A stretch of DNA of 64,000 bases. Origin: Octopus sinensis (lineage: Eukaryota). The DNA lies in NCBI RefSeq assembly GCF_006345805.1, contig NW_021836316.1, positions 1 through 64,000 on the forward strand, written 5' to 3'. How positions within the stretch are numbered: position 1 is the stretch's first letter; each line of letters begins with the position of its first letter. This document shows, one piece after another, positions 1-13,851 of the stretch. The position numbers were made by a program, and so were the translations under genes. Below the pieces are notes generated by a model that did no database searches, was not told where the DNA came from, and saw only the letters and a program-made list of their open reading frames with translations.

Positions 1-170
1 ATATAGCTAGCCACTAAACCTTTTTATTTTCTCTCTCCCCTTATTTCAATGTTCCTTTCTGTTGAAGAGCGTAGGCTCGAAACGTAAAAGACTTTTTCAC
101 TTCCCGGGCGTTAAACTGTCACACGACTCCATCTTTTGTTTTGTTTTTTGTTTGTAAATTCTAACTATAT
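1..170 (+). mobile_element. Penelope-like terminal (pLTR) fragment with minimal hammerhead motif
   Basis: HHR-like motif at 55-90 followed by a T-rich tail ending at (TA)n. A related tail lies in reverse orientation at 63178-63257. Confidence 0.65.
55..90 (+). ncRNA. Minimal type I hammerhead ribozyme variant (A6U)
   Basis: CTTT-CTGTTGA-A-GAGC gtag GCTC-GAA-ACGT-A^AAAG. Stem I CTTT/AAAG, palindromic stem III ACGT. Confidence 0.6.
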
Positions 171-729
171 ATATATCAGATATGCCGCATGGGTAGGCAA
201 GGTAGACAGTGCCTACCCTAAATATAATAGATCGATAGTAACATTTTCCTTTTATAGCAAGATATGCACATAATTCAATAAAATTATGAACGTTATTCTG
301 ATTACTACGCCTACAAGTAAAATATTGTATTCTTTTGCAGATCATGTTGGCATGATTCGCCCCTGCTTTTCAAGCTCAGTATTAAAACTACGCATAATAC
401 TGCGGTAGTTCACGTGCTGCGTACATTCCTACAAACAAGGTTTTATTTATGCGCTATAAAGGCAGAAGTACAACAGCATTCAACTTAGTCGCGCAGCTGT
501 TTCGCTAATTATATATTTTTTGTCTTTTATTACATAAACGTCACCAACTCCCTAACCTGAATGATTACTCACGGCATGTGCTTGATACACACACACACAC
601 ACCACACACACACACATACATATATGTATATGTATATTCATGTACATATATACATATATATACATTCTATATATATAATATTTACATATATATATATATA
701 TATATATAATACATATCTTCCATCTTATC

Positions 730-766
<37 letters not shown>

Positions 767-1626
767 TATAATATATATATATATATATATATTCATAAAT
801 GTGTATATATATATATATTAATTCTAATATATATATATCATATATATATATATATATATATGCTTAAGTTATATGTGCCTTGCATCCTACAAGTGTGGTA
901 AGGAGAATTATTAGACCTTTACTAAACACAGCTTTAACTGCAAGCCAGTATTTTGGGGTTTTTAAATTGCAGTACGTGTGTCTAATTACATCAGTTATTG
1001 CTCCAGCTCAGAATGGCTGAGTTCAAATGCAGCCTAGATTTTCATGGCCTTGCTTCCTTTAAGGTCATATAAATATTGTATCACTTCTTAAGGGTGAAAT
1101 GTAGGTACTATTAATTATGTTATCCGTTCCGGCTTCGCGCGTTGTTTGTAGAAAATTTTCTTTGTAAGTCAAGAAACAATGTCATTAGCCGGGAGCTTAG
1201 AAATTTCTTTGGAAAAAAAATGCGTCTCGAAATTAAACAGACCGGCAGTAGGTTGGCAAATATTAAGGGTAGGGCGAATAAAATCTGAACATAAAATGAC
1301 AATAAGCCAGATAATTGGGAAATGCTTTCGTAGAATAAGACCTCGTGTGCAAATGTGTGCAGAAGTTATCACGAGATATAAATATATAGATCTGTGTTTA
1401 TATGTAAGCGTATGCGCACGCCATACACAATTAAATATGTTCTCCTCTTCTATATATATATATATACATACAAATATGCACACAGTTATGTATAGTTACA
1501 TATAAGTATGAATGCGAGGGCGTACATATGTGCATCTGCCATATAATATATGTATATATATATATATATAATATATATATATAGTATAAATATATATATA
1601 TATATATATACATACCTATATATATA

Positions 1627-1665
<39 letters not shown>

Positions 1666-2205
1666 TATACATATATATAGATATATATATATACATACAT
1701 ATCTATATATATATATATATATATATATACATTATATATATATATATATATTATATATAATATATATACATATTTATTACACTTGCTATATATGTATATA
1801 TATACACGCACAAGCACACATATATATGAGCAAAAGGATATGAATCTATATAAATATATAAATAGATGAATATTGCAGTGAATGTGTGGGATTTATGTCA
1901 TTTAGTTTCTATGGACTTATGCACGCACCTATAGCCATATTCCATCAGAAAATTCCACAGCATTTGAAAATGTGTATATTTGCGTTTGCGTGTGTTTGTA
2001 TTATTTACGCTTATGCTCCAATGTGCACCTTCCAATTTATATATATATATATAGAGAGAGAGAGAATACATATATACATATATATATATATACAAATATA
2101 CACATACATATATATCTATACATACACACATATATTTATATCGTTTATCTCTTGTTGGTAAGCATGTATCTCCACATGTACATATACGTCAGATAACATA
2201 CTAAC

Positions 2206-2236
<31 letters not shown>

Positions 2237-2339
2237 GAGGGAAAGAAACACATGCTTATACTTGTGTCTATATATAAGTATTTATATAAATTAAACTTAC
2301 ATAATCATACTTATATTTATATAAACATAAATATATACG

Positions 2340-2379
<40 letters not shown>

Positions 2380-2873
2380 TATGTATGTAAATATAATTTT
2401 ATATGTCTATACATGTATGTGTATATATATATGTGTATGTATGTCTGTACATATACTGCATATATTCATGCATATATATGCGTAAACATACATGTATATA
2501 TACGTGTGTATGTGTGTGTGCGCAGTGCGTTGGTGTATGTATATATGCTACATCTATTTATGATTTCTTTGACACGCATCTAAGATTTACACATTTTATG
2601 AACGCCGAGGAACGCAGTACTGCCAATACCTTAAACTTCAAGCCGTATTATTTATCTTAGAAATTTATGGAAAGCATATAACTGACGGCTATCTGGTAGA
2701 TTTCCAGTAAATTTAATGTCGGTGTTTGCTTTTGTTGCTTTCTTTTCTTACTCTTACTTTATATATTTCACGTGATCTCTTATTTAATTCCATACATAAA
2801 TACTCACAAACATTACACACACACACCAACACATATAAGTATGCGTCTACGTATGAGTATAAATTCAATATAA

Positions 2874-2909
<36 letters not shown>

Positions 2910-3536
2910 ATATATATATATATATATATAAATAGATATATGTATAATAATTCATAGACACTTATACACATATGAATTTATGTGAATGTATGTGTTTACG
3001 CATGTTTATATGTGTAAATGTTTGTATATGTTCATGTATGTGTATGTGTGTGTATAAACGTTTTGAATTATGTATGTGCAATATATTGCAATTGTGCGTG
3101 CGTGACATTATGTTTCATATCAAAATTTAATATACAGGCATTAAATTTCATATGGATACACAACACACATATATATATATACACACCTATATGCATATAT
3201 TATTCTTTTAACAAGAATAGTATTGCCAGTACTTTCGAAGTTCCAAAACTGCTTGGACATCATCACACTGTGGCATATTTGAGTTCATTCATACTTTGCA
3301 TAGTATCTGATAATTTAAAAATTTCTGGATTTGGTGGAATTTCCCAGAGTTGAATGGTAAGTATATTGTTGGTTAGGTTTTGTTTTTGAGGTGTTACGAA
3401 AAAATTATATTGACTAAATATCTGATCGTGGTCAGAATCTATTACTACATGTAATACTTCGAAATACAGTGTGTTTATTTAGGTGCGTTAGCTTCTGGTC
3501 ATAGGGGTTGTTGTTTTTGCAGGTGTTCCCAAAATA

Positions 3537-3759
3537 TATTTCTTTATTGCCCACAAGGGGCTACACATAGAGGGGACTAACAAGGACAGACAAAGTCGAT
3601 TACATTGACCCCAGTGCGAATCTGGTACTTTATTTATCGACGCGAAAGGATGAAAGGCAAAGTCGACCTCGGCGGAATTTGAACTCAGAACGTAACGACA
3701 GACGAAATACCGCTAAGCATTTCGCCCGGCGCGCTAACGTGTGTGCCAGCTCTCCGCCT
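3537..3759 (-). mobile_element. tRNA-derived SINE family A (octopus OK-like), monomer
   Basis: Head GGCGG..GCTGGCA, B box GAGTTCAAATTCC, core GTCGACTTTGCCTTTCATCCTTTCG. TSD TTCCCAAAATA at 3526-3536 and 3760-3770. Confidence 0.9.
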
Positions 3760-4481
3760 TTCCCAAAATAATGTCAGTAAATGGAAATGGTTAGTTGGTC
3801 AGCAGATGTGTCACTATTTCTAGTAGCTTTTGGTCTCAATTAGATATTAAAGAAATATTTGACCTTTTCTTTTCAGAAGGTGAAGCTAAATCTAAGGATT
3901 TTACCCCACATTTCAAACTCTTGTAATTAGTTGAGTTTATTTAGGTGTATCAGCTTTTAGTATATGGAGTTTTTAAGCATGCACATAAAAATGTAAATAG
4001 GTGGTAAGGTTAGGTGGTCAGCAGATTTATTTACATGATGCAATTTAGGAAATTTTCATTTGTTATTAGGAAGGTGGAGTTTATCAGTCAGCGTTGTCAT
4101 GGTGTTGTTTGTGTAGAAATTTGTCTTATATTTCAATCTGAACAAAAGGTGTAAAGTTTCGTTGGTAAAGTTTGTTTGGTCAACATATTTCTCTCTAGGA
4201 GACAATTGTTCTAGAAGTTATTCAATTAATATTTAGAACTTTTGACCTGTGTGTTTTAGGGAGGTAATGATTATGGGTTATACAAATAAATCTTTTGTGG
4301 TCTTTTGAAATATTTCTGTTACTTTGTTTTAAGTTTAGAAGTTTGTACTTTATTGTTTTAAACTTATGAGTTTATGTAAGTGCGAAGCATTATGAAAATA
4401 TGTGCATATAATTTGGTATAAAAATAGAAATGATAGAACTTTCTAAGCCGTGATAGTCCACTACCATTCCTGCTTATAAGT

Positions 4482-4868
4482 GGAAGAAGCACTCCGTCGG
4501 TTACGACGACAAGGGTTCCGGTTGAACCGAATCAACGAAACAGCCTGCTCGTGAAATTAACGTGTAAGTGGCTGAGCACTCCACAGACACGTGTACCCTT
4601 AACGTAGTTCTCGGGGATATTCAGCGTTACACAGAGAGTGACAAGGCCGGCCCTTTGAAATACAGGTACAACAGAAACAGGAAGTAAGAGTGATAGAAAG
4701 TTGTGGTGAAAGAGTACAGCAGGGATCACCACCATCCCCTGCCGGAGCCTCGTGGAGCTTTAGGTGTTTTCGCTCAATAAACACTCACAACGCCCGGTCT
4801 AGGAATGGAAACCGCGATCCTATGACCGCGAGTCCGCTGCCCTAACCACTGGGCCATTGCACCTCCAC
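4482..4868 (-). mobile_element. tRNA-derived SINE family C, full length
   Basis: Near-identical to 22731-23116 and 58395-58789. TSD TGCTTATAAGT at 4471-4481 and 4871-4881. Confidence 0.92.
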
Positions 4869-5308
4869 CTTGCTTATAAGTACGTGTTTGTATGAATACA
4901 CATATTTGTGAATCAAAGTGTGTGCACATGTATTTAATAACTTTTGTGTGAATCTTTGTTGAAAGTTGAAGAACTTTTAGATAATGTCTACAGTGCTTCT
5001 TTGGTACAAAGTTGTTATGTTAGCGTTTATGCATAACATGAAGATTGTGATGAAAACGGCGGTAAGAAGGGAGTGGTAAGACATTTTCCAGGTAAGTCTT
5101 TAGAGGAACATTTAGACTGAAGTGTTGTTTTTCATATGAGGGTTAGGAAAAAAAATATGTATAGAAACAATATTACAAACTGGAAGATCCAACATCTTCC
5201 ACAGCAATTCTTTCTAGATTAAAATAAAACGTTTAAGAGTCATTTGGCTGTCGAATGAGATCACAGGCCTCACCAGCGATAGGTGACATCATTAGCTATT
5301 ACATATTA

Positions 5309-5833
5309 ACAGTGCTTGTTTGGTACAAAGCTGTTATGTTAGCGTTTATGTATAACATGAAGATTGTGATGAAATATGTATGTGTTCGATATATTATGCC
5401 ATGAACCGGTCTTCTGTAGACCCTGTATAATATAAATATAGTACATGGTATAGTGTTCATGTTTACAGTTGCACTGGAGAGATTTTCGTTTTCCCCATTT
5501 GGTAGGTTTTGCTAGTTGTAATTGGGTAGAATTGTTTTTTTTTTGAAGTGTTAGTTGTGGAATATGATAATCTTATGTTTGTTTATTAGTTTATTATATT
5601 TGTATATGGTGTGGGGAGCTTCTGAGGAATAACTTGGTTGTTGTGGGAACTGGAACTTTTTCGCGGGGACTAGACCAACTAATTTACTTTTCTCTATTTG
5701 TCATTTATTGTGGGTGTGGTATGGTGTGGTGTTAATTAATCTGCTTTTCCTTGTAAACTATTCTATTTCGCTGAGTATTTTCTGATTGGAAGAAGAAGAA
5801 GAAGAAAAAGAAGAAGAAGAAGAAAAGTATAGA

Positions 5834-5865
<32 letters not shown>

Positions 5866-6408
5866 AGAAGAAAGAAGAAGAAGAAGAAGAAGAAGAAGAA
5901 GAGAAGAAGAGACAGAAGAAGAAGAAGAAGAAGAAGAAGAAGAAGAAGAAGAAGAAGAAGGAAGGAAGAAATCTTTGAGATATACTCATTCATAGGTTTT
6001 TAATTATGGTATTGTGATTGTTAGATTGTCCATATATACTCAAGTGTTCGTTATCTTGTAGGCTTTGTAGATATTGAATTTTAAGCCGAGGGTAACACCG
6101 AGAAAGTTGACTAATTTTACTTGTGTTTCTACTGGAGTGGCCTTAAGTTTGCACAGAAGTGCTGCAGTCCTTTCCTAAATTCATCGTTTTATTTTTCGCA
6201 AGTTGTATTAGACCGTCGTAGAGAGCACATGATACGAATGAAAATTTGTTGTCTTGTTTGGTAATATGTAATAGCTAATGATGTCGCCTATCACAGGTGA
6301 GGCCTGTGATCTCATTCGTCTGCCAATAGACTCTTAACGTTTTATTTTAATCTAGAAAGAATTGCTGTGGAAGATGTTGGAACTCCCAGCTTGTAATATT
6401 GTTTCTAT
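5309..6408 (-). pseudogene. Penelope-like (Neptune/Naiad-type) RT thumb plus GIY-YIG endonuclease remnant
   Basis: Minus strand translates KLVNFLGVTLGL (~6083-6118; cf. VNFLDVTL), IIKNL*MSISQRF (~5969-6007) and YYTGSTEDRF (~5403-5432; YIG-like motif). Interrupted by a (GAA)n/(TAG)n tract. Confidence 0.7.
5789..5970. repeat. (GAA)n/(TAG)n compound microsatellite
   Basis: Directly visible. Confidence 0.95.
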
Positions 6409-6606
6409 TTCATTGTTTTTTGTTGTCGTTGTCTTTACGAAGTTCAAAGCAGCAACAAGAAGAGGTTTTGTTATTGACGCTTAACAACCTTTAGTATTAA
6501 ATAATAATGTTGTACTCTACAAAAATTATTGAGTAATCCTTCAGTTTAGCGTGTAATATTTTTAATATAACATAATAGAAACACAATCAGCATTATATAT
6601 ATATAT

Positions 6607-6661
<55 letters not shown>

Positions 6662-6663
<2 letters not shown>

Positions 6664-7231
6664 CTTGTTTCGAGACGCATAGATTATAATCGTTATTGAC
6701 AATTTTGTCTTATTTCGGCATATTTGGCATTAGAATTTTTCTGTTGCCCTTATCTTATAAGTTATTTAAATATTTAACCTTTAAAGGTATTTTTTGATAT
6801 ACTGGCCATTGATAAAAAATGTTTTCGAAAAAACTTTTATCCTACATTAGTTGTAAATTCAAGTCTTCACTTCCGGATTCTCTCACGCTGTGAAAGTTTC
6901 TAGTTCGAATCACATGTGTCTCGAGATGTGCCGAAGATTTTCTATTTTGGATATATTTGGGGTACTTAGGTCTGCTCAGGACTTAGTGCTTGATTTTTTC
7001 ATGGGTATGAGTATGTATTTCATTTATGTTTTACGTATTTATCGCTGAAGAGGGGAAAATTCTTATGAATTAACCCCGAAATTGGGACCAATACGGTAAT
7101 AACGGATTTTTTAGGAAATTCATATCGGCTTGTTTTGAGACGCATAAATTATAATGGTTATTGACTATTTTGTCTTTTTTTCGGCATATTTGGCATTAGA
7201 ATTTTTCTTTTGCCCTTCTTTTATAAGTTAT
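6662..7231 (+). mobile_element. Non-autonomous HHR-bearing element (retrozyme/PLE pLTR-like), 465-bp unit plus 104-bp terminal redundancy, inserted in (TA)n
   Basis: Direct repeats at 6662-6765 and 7127-7231, (TA)n on both flanks, canonical HHR inside. Confidence 0.8.
7039..7099 (+). ncRNA. Canonical type I hammerhead ribozyme
   Basis: TTATCG-CTGAAGA-GGGG..CCCC-GAA-ATTGG ga CCAAT-A^CGGTAA. All three stems and the full core are present; predicted cleavage after 7093. Confidence 0.88.
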
Positions 7232-7871
7232 ATATATATATATATATATCCAGACAGACATATACATATATATGTTTGTGCGTGTATGTATGTATATATC
7301 ATTCTTGTTATTGTTGTTGTTGTTTTTGTTGTTATTAATGCATAACTTCATCTAACACTACTTCGAGCAGAGCTGTAATCAAACAAATTCCATAACTGTC
7401 TATCACTTATTTCCACTGAACTTAAATCCACATTATCCAAAGCTGGATTCTAAGACTGGTCCGTGTGATTTCAGAGAAACTTGTCTGCAATTTTAATTAG
7501 GTCATTGCCTATGCATGTAAATGCTCCCTTTCATCTAGAGAATCTCTAAGATGCCTTCCAGCCTCCTCTCCGAATCTATAGATCAATCAATTTTCTTCAA
7601 GTAACAACTTGCTGCGTAAGTAGTCACAGGAAATATTTTAAAATGTAATCCTAGATATATACTATTGGAGTTGAAGTGAGTTCGATTATTATACTACTTG
7701 ATCAGGGCTAGTGTGGGTTCAATAACGGCAACACTAGCAAACATCAGCCAATAATGGAGCCACAACTTACAAGAAATAACGAATAATTAATCCTTGAGTA
7801 CCATCTCAAAATCCTTCTATACAGAGTAGTTGGAAAATAAGAAGCTGTATTGAACACAGGATATCATATAT

Positions 7872-7943
<72 letters not shown>

Positions 7944-8210
7944 TTGATGGGCACCATACATGTATGCATATGTGTGTAGGTGTTTATGCTTAAGGAATGA
8001 ATGTGACTTCTGTTAATACGCAAAAATCCTGAAAATATTATGAACTTTCTATTCCTACATCAAACCATCTCTTCAAATTTTAGCTACTCATACATCTTGT
8101 ATATATTTCAACCCTAAGACAGTAGCCATGCTGGGGAACCGCCAGTATATATATATGTACTGGCGGTGCTACAGTTAGGGATGAAATATAAAGAAGATAT
8201 ATATGCTGAA

Positions 8211-8522
8211 ACCCCCTTTGGTCATGACTTACCATGGGATTGCACCTAGAAAGTTACTGTCCCAGGCACAAGTCCAGACAAGATTATTTATAGAAGACCA
8301 GCAGTCGCCCATGCATAACGCCACCAGTGTTATCCAAGGGAAAGGCAAATGCCGATAGAGCTTGGCACATGTGACGCCGCAACTCATTTCTGCAGCTGAG
8401 TGAACTGAAGCAACGTGAAATAATATGTCTTGCTCAAGCACACAACAAGCAGCCCGCTCCGGGATTCGAACTCACAACCTCACGATCGTAAGCTCGACAC
8501 TCTAACCACTGAGTCATATACC
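8211..8522 (-). mobile_element. tRNA-derived SINE family D
   Basis: Minus-strand head TGACTCAGTGGTTAGAG..GTTCGAATCCC and CORE/V-like TTGAGCAAGACA. Homologous to 15067-15409. Confidence 0.85.
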
Positions 8523-11467
8523 TTTCGAATTGTTTTAGAATTGCTTGTCACACGGTAAGAGTTACTGTAAGCTTCCACGGGCAAACGTGTCTGTGTATAA
8601 CTCAGCAATTTGCATATTATATTAATGAGTCGCTTTTCCTGTTAAGTGAACACCTGAATGCTCATCTTCCGATATCTACGAAGACCAATTTACTTCATAT
8701 TCTTCCTCTTCACCAACAAAAGAATCACAGTAGCGACTTTGATTATATAGTTTCTACTCAATTTCCATGATCCAGGCTTCAGATAGTATCAATAGCAAAG
8801 CGCTGTAAATCAGATATTACAAATATGAAATATATTCTATATATTGTAGAAACCACCTTCAGACAAGGCCACTAATCTAGAAGCAAAGCATTTGAAGAAA
8901 GTAGCTAAAGCGAATCGGCTATGTAGACAGGCAGTGAATTAACAGGAAGCTGTTGATCCATTTATATCTGAATGGAAAACTACAGATTTCAATAGAAATG
9001 AATAAGAGTTTTGCCACTGCTTATACAACATAATAGCATTGCGTTGAACAGAACAGAATATATTTTGCACCTATCACAACTTGTTCAACATTTCAATCTA
9101 TCATTTGGAAATTACTTCAGTTATGAATGGAACATTAGCGTGTGCGGATTAATTTTGAAATATCATTGTGAGTTCAAAGCACTTTAGCAGGATATTGCTA
9201 TGTTAAATGCACTTTTAGTAAAATATTGCTTGCTAAAACCCTGACATATGTACGAGAGAAGAAAAAAATGAAGGTATTATTTCTTTATTCAAAAGATACA
9301 ATCCGTTATTGCAAGAGAGAACGAGAGGGGGTGGAGAAAGAGAGGAGGAAGAGTCACGGAGAAAGGAGAAGAATAAAGCATATGAGATGAAAAAAAAACA
9401 AATAAAGAAGAAAACACTAAAGGAATTGAGGGGAATGGATGCGTAGTAAAAGAAAGAGGAAAAAATATGCGAAAGCACTAATACAATAAAAGAAAAGCGA
9501 AATAAAAAAAAATGTAGTGTTGAAGAATGAATGAAGAAAGACAACAGAAAATAAGGCTAGGTACTAGAAAAAGAAACATATGAGTAATGAACATAAATTA
9601 CATAAAAGTAAAAATAATATAAAGCATAAAATGAAGTCAAAACCAAAAGAGTAGAGGACAAAAAGAAAAGCAATAAATGTCGATATCTTTTGGGAAGATA
9701 CAATAAAAATTAGTGTTGAGGAGAAGAATACTCGAGTGAATGAAGTCTAGTATGTTAATGGAACTTATCTTTTATCGATAACAGGGATAGCTTTCAAAGT
9801 ATTTGCTGATCTGAATTGGATTTGAACTAGGAAGAATATGAGGTAAAGACGAAATATCTGAAATTAATTTTATATGACGTTGTGTATTCTACTGAACGTG
9901 ATGGTTTTTGGGTGATAAATGTCTTTCATGGAAATAAATCCTCATACATACTTTGTGGTAGGGTATCGTGGATCGGTCCCAGTATTTTGTTGGTAGAAGA
10001 GTAATAAAAGTTGATTGCTTTTGGAAGGGTAAAATAAAAATTGGTGATGAGGAAAAGAATACAAGAGTGAATTGATTCTTGTATCTTAATGTTATTTATC
10101 ATATATCAATAAAATGCTTACATTTCAAGGAATTTTATCAGAATGGCAAATTTGATCCTGGTAGCATTTGAATTCATAAATTAAACAATTACCGCAGCTT
10201 ATTTTGTCCAATGTTCCGGTGTTTCTGCCAAATCCACCGCTCTTGAATACAACAAGTATTAGGACATATTCCTTGTGGGAAAATATGCTAACAGCTTTAT
10301 TAAGCAAAACAGTCGCATATGATCACGAAATGAGAAGTTCTCCCTTGTTCAAGAAAATATGTTAAAGATTATAAGAGAATATATTATTCATACGATTAAA
10401 CCAACGAAGACTCTACATAGTCATTAGTAATATCAAAAACAACAGCGAAATCTTCGTCAAAAAACGTGGTAGATGGTATTCTTAGATACGACCCATAAAG
10501 TTCACGGCGGAAATGTATTTGTTCGTGGGTCTTCTGAATCTGTATTGATTTTGAATTTAAGGAGCATCAGTAACAGTGGAAGCAGCAACACCATCTACAG
10601 ACATTAACAATATGCCAAACGTGGGAGCTTCTTAGTGGTCGTTAGAAATAACAGCTAAATTCCAGCATCTCATATTCTATCGTCTTGTAGAAGAAATATT
10701 GTATATTGTGGTCCTGTGCCTCCTAAAATTTGCTAAAAGTTGGATGCCTAGGGCTGGTAATAGGCTTGATTCAGTGTGGATTAATCTGAAACTAAACAAT
10801 AATATTTACCGACATCCTGTACATGAAGGAACCTCGACTGAAGCAACGAGAATGCCACTAAGTAGTCACAAAACTTGTTTGAAGTAACAACATACTATTC
10901 CTCAAATCAAAACCTTGAATTCAGAACCATTATGTGTGAAAGAAATGGTAGTGTAAGCAGATCTAAAAAGGTCTTCGCCATCAGTCTACCCCATCAGGGA
11001 TGACCTAGGGCTAAACAAAACAAATACATCAAAGAAATTGATTTATGTTTGAAATAAAACCCCAGGATAATACTAATGTAATTTTTTAGATCCCAACGGA
11101 TAAAAGACAAAATGGAACCTAAAAAGTTTCCAAGTGAAAGCGAAGAGAGAGAGAAAGAGATGGATAGAAAAATAGAGAGATAGAGAGAAAGAGAGAGAGA
11201 GAAGAGAGAGAAAGAGAGAAAGAAATAGAGACTGTTATACAAGAAGATACTTAATCTGGCGTCCATATCGCTGTCTGGCGCTCTTTACTTTGCGAAAGAA
11301 TGAGTATTGATATCTCAAATTTCTTTCATCAAAACCATAGCAAACGACTTCTGCTTGCTAATATTATCAGATCAGATGGATGGATGAAAGCAAGGATTGA
11401 CCTTGGATGAATTGATGTGTGTGTGTGTAAATGTATATCTGCTTTGCGCATGTAAGTATCTTTGTAC

Positions 11468-11508
<41 letters not shown>

Positions 11509-11640
11509 TATAGGCGTGTGTATAATGTATATATTTAGCCAAATATATGTAAATATATATTTTTACGTACGTGTGTACAAATGGGCGTATGTGCACACAT
11601 GTATACACACACAACACGGAAATATACGTACATTTACGTA

Positions 11641-11679
<39 letters not shown>

Positions 11680-11680
11680 T

Positions 11681-11714
<34 letters not shown>

Positions 11715-11810
11715 ATATATATAATTCTATATATATTATATATACATAATATATATATACTATATATATATATTACTCTGTGTTCTTTGCACTTGCTACG
11801 CTTTCATTTG

Positions 11811-11845
<35 letters not shown>

Positions 11846-11942
11846 TATATTATATACATACATACATACATATTATATATATATATATATTATATATATA
11901 ATATATATATATCTACATATATACCATATATGTATATAATAA

Positions 11943-11982
<40 letters not shown>

Positions 11983-11994
11983 CATATATATATG

Positions 11995-12031
<37 letters not shown>

Positions 12032-13760
12032 GTATATATATGCATTTACATGCATTTGTAAATGCACGACGGAGAAAATATTCTGACATGGAAATTTTAT
12101 CCTTTGTAGACACTGAAATATCTTACTTCTTGTTATTGAAATGATTCCATGCCATTTTAAAGTTTACGCAGAGTGAAGGATGTGTATCTACCTTGTGAGG
12201 CAAAACTGCTGATCTTGATTCCTTTCCCTCAAGCTGGTGTACCATACTTGAACGCCCATGCGATATTTGTGATTGGTTCCCAAATGAATTTGGATAGTGC
12301 CGCCGATTTTCCAGATGACTGTGACTCAAAATGCCACTGTATTTGTGCCGTCTGAATACATTTTCTACCACATTATACATACAACTGTCCATGCAAACGC
12401 ACACACACATTTAAATCACTCTCTCTCTCTCGATATATATATATATATAAATATAAATTGTTTTGGAATTTTTGACCTATGAGTATCTTTCTTTAAGAAA
12501 TTATTGTAGAAGAGACAAAGAAAAACAGAAAATATTATGAAGGACATACAAATGGCCTCATAGTCTTCCTCTGAAGGAACGCTGCCGGAAGGAAAATTTT
12601 CAGAATTCAATAGCATGTACGTATCTCCTGCCAATGAACCGTTGCGGTAAATGTCTTTACAGTTCGTAGCAATATCGATAAATAAACTAAATAATAGATA
12701 AATATAGTTATTTTACCGGTCTTTCACAAAGGTCAGTCGATAGATTAACCAGAAATTTCCGTTTTCAAAATAGTTTTTAAAAAAAATGTTTAAGTAGACA
12801 TTAATATGAAAAATACACATACTGTATTACTTCATGTGTACATAACTGGTGTTTGAGTTATTTTGAAGTATTATATCAATGAAATAGTAGACATTCGAAA
12901 GCCAAAAGCAAGCGATAGTAATTATAGTGTCATCGTTTCCTTTTAATTTCTTTGAGCGACGAGAAATATTTCGAAAATTTATAGTTGAATAGTATTGACT
13001 TCGATCTTTGTCAGACAGAATCTCAGAATTTTCTTTACTTTCCTGCATTAATATTCTCCTTTTTAATCGCCGTTCATATTGCGTTGCTGGAGTTTCGAAC
13101 GTGAATTTGAAAATCGCTATTGTATTTCGCTCTTAGATTTGCCTTTTAGATGATGTGCCTTCACTACACAGGAGACATTGAGACCCTATAGGGTGTCGTC
13201 TCCGTTGTGTTTCTTCAGTCAAACTACATCCGGGTCAAAATATAAATATAAATTGTAACTCTTGTTTAAGGAATTCAGCAAACAAATTATTTGTTGATGT
13301 GCGCTGTTTTCCAAACCGATAATTAAGCATTATGTGTACGGTAAACAGTATCAACATACATATTTAATTCTTAATATGTCCCGCAGCACACCGCAATTAT
13401 CTCAAAGTTCCTTTACCTTTATGAATCGAACAGGTTTTGAAAACCTATCCTCCAAAGAAAGAAGTTGATCATCAAAGACGAAATATAACAAAAATAAATA
13501 TATTTTTTGCTCTATAATGGAAAAGTTGAAAGCGATGTTACTTTTGCAGAAATTCTTTTTTCTCGAGAACGGCATGTTTTTGCAATCGGAGTCGGTCGCA
13601 TTTTCCTTCGTTCCTTCAATTTACATTCTCATTAAACAAAGATATTCGCAATAAGTTAAAAATTCAATTTGAATAATTGCTAAATAATCCATCCATCTTT
13701 CTTGCCCAAATGCTTGCCACTGCACACTTTGTGCGATTTCCTTTCGTTTGAAATATTTAA

Positions 13761-13851
<91 letters not shown>

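Larger units (their letters stand above)
3230..5055 (-). pseudogene. Highly decayed Penelope-like retroelement ORF remnants, interrupted by two SINEs
   Basis: Minus strand gives YLPFNS (~3345-3365, PLE RT C-terminal motif) and EFEMWGKILRF (~3885-3925, PLE N-terminal-like). Many stops; boundaries approximate. Confidence 0.45.

Noticed and set aside
191-218. Hairpin GGGTAGGCA..TGCCTACCC
   Set aside because: Possibly a DNA-element subterminal motif, but no matching other end or TSD was found.
9700-10115. Diverged ~330-bp-period direct repeat
   Set aside because: Resembles heavily decayed SINE-A-like bodies; too degraded to call.
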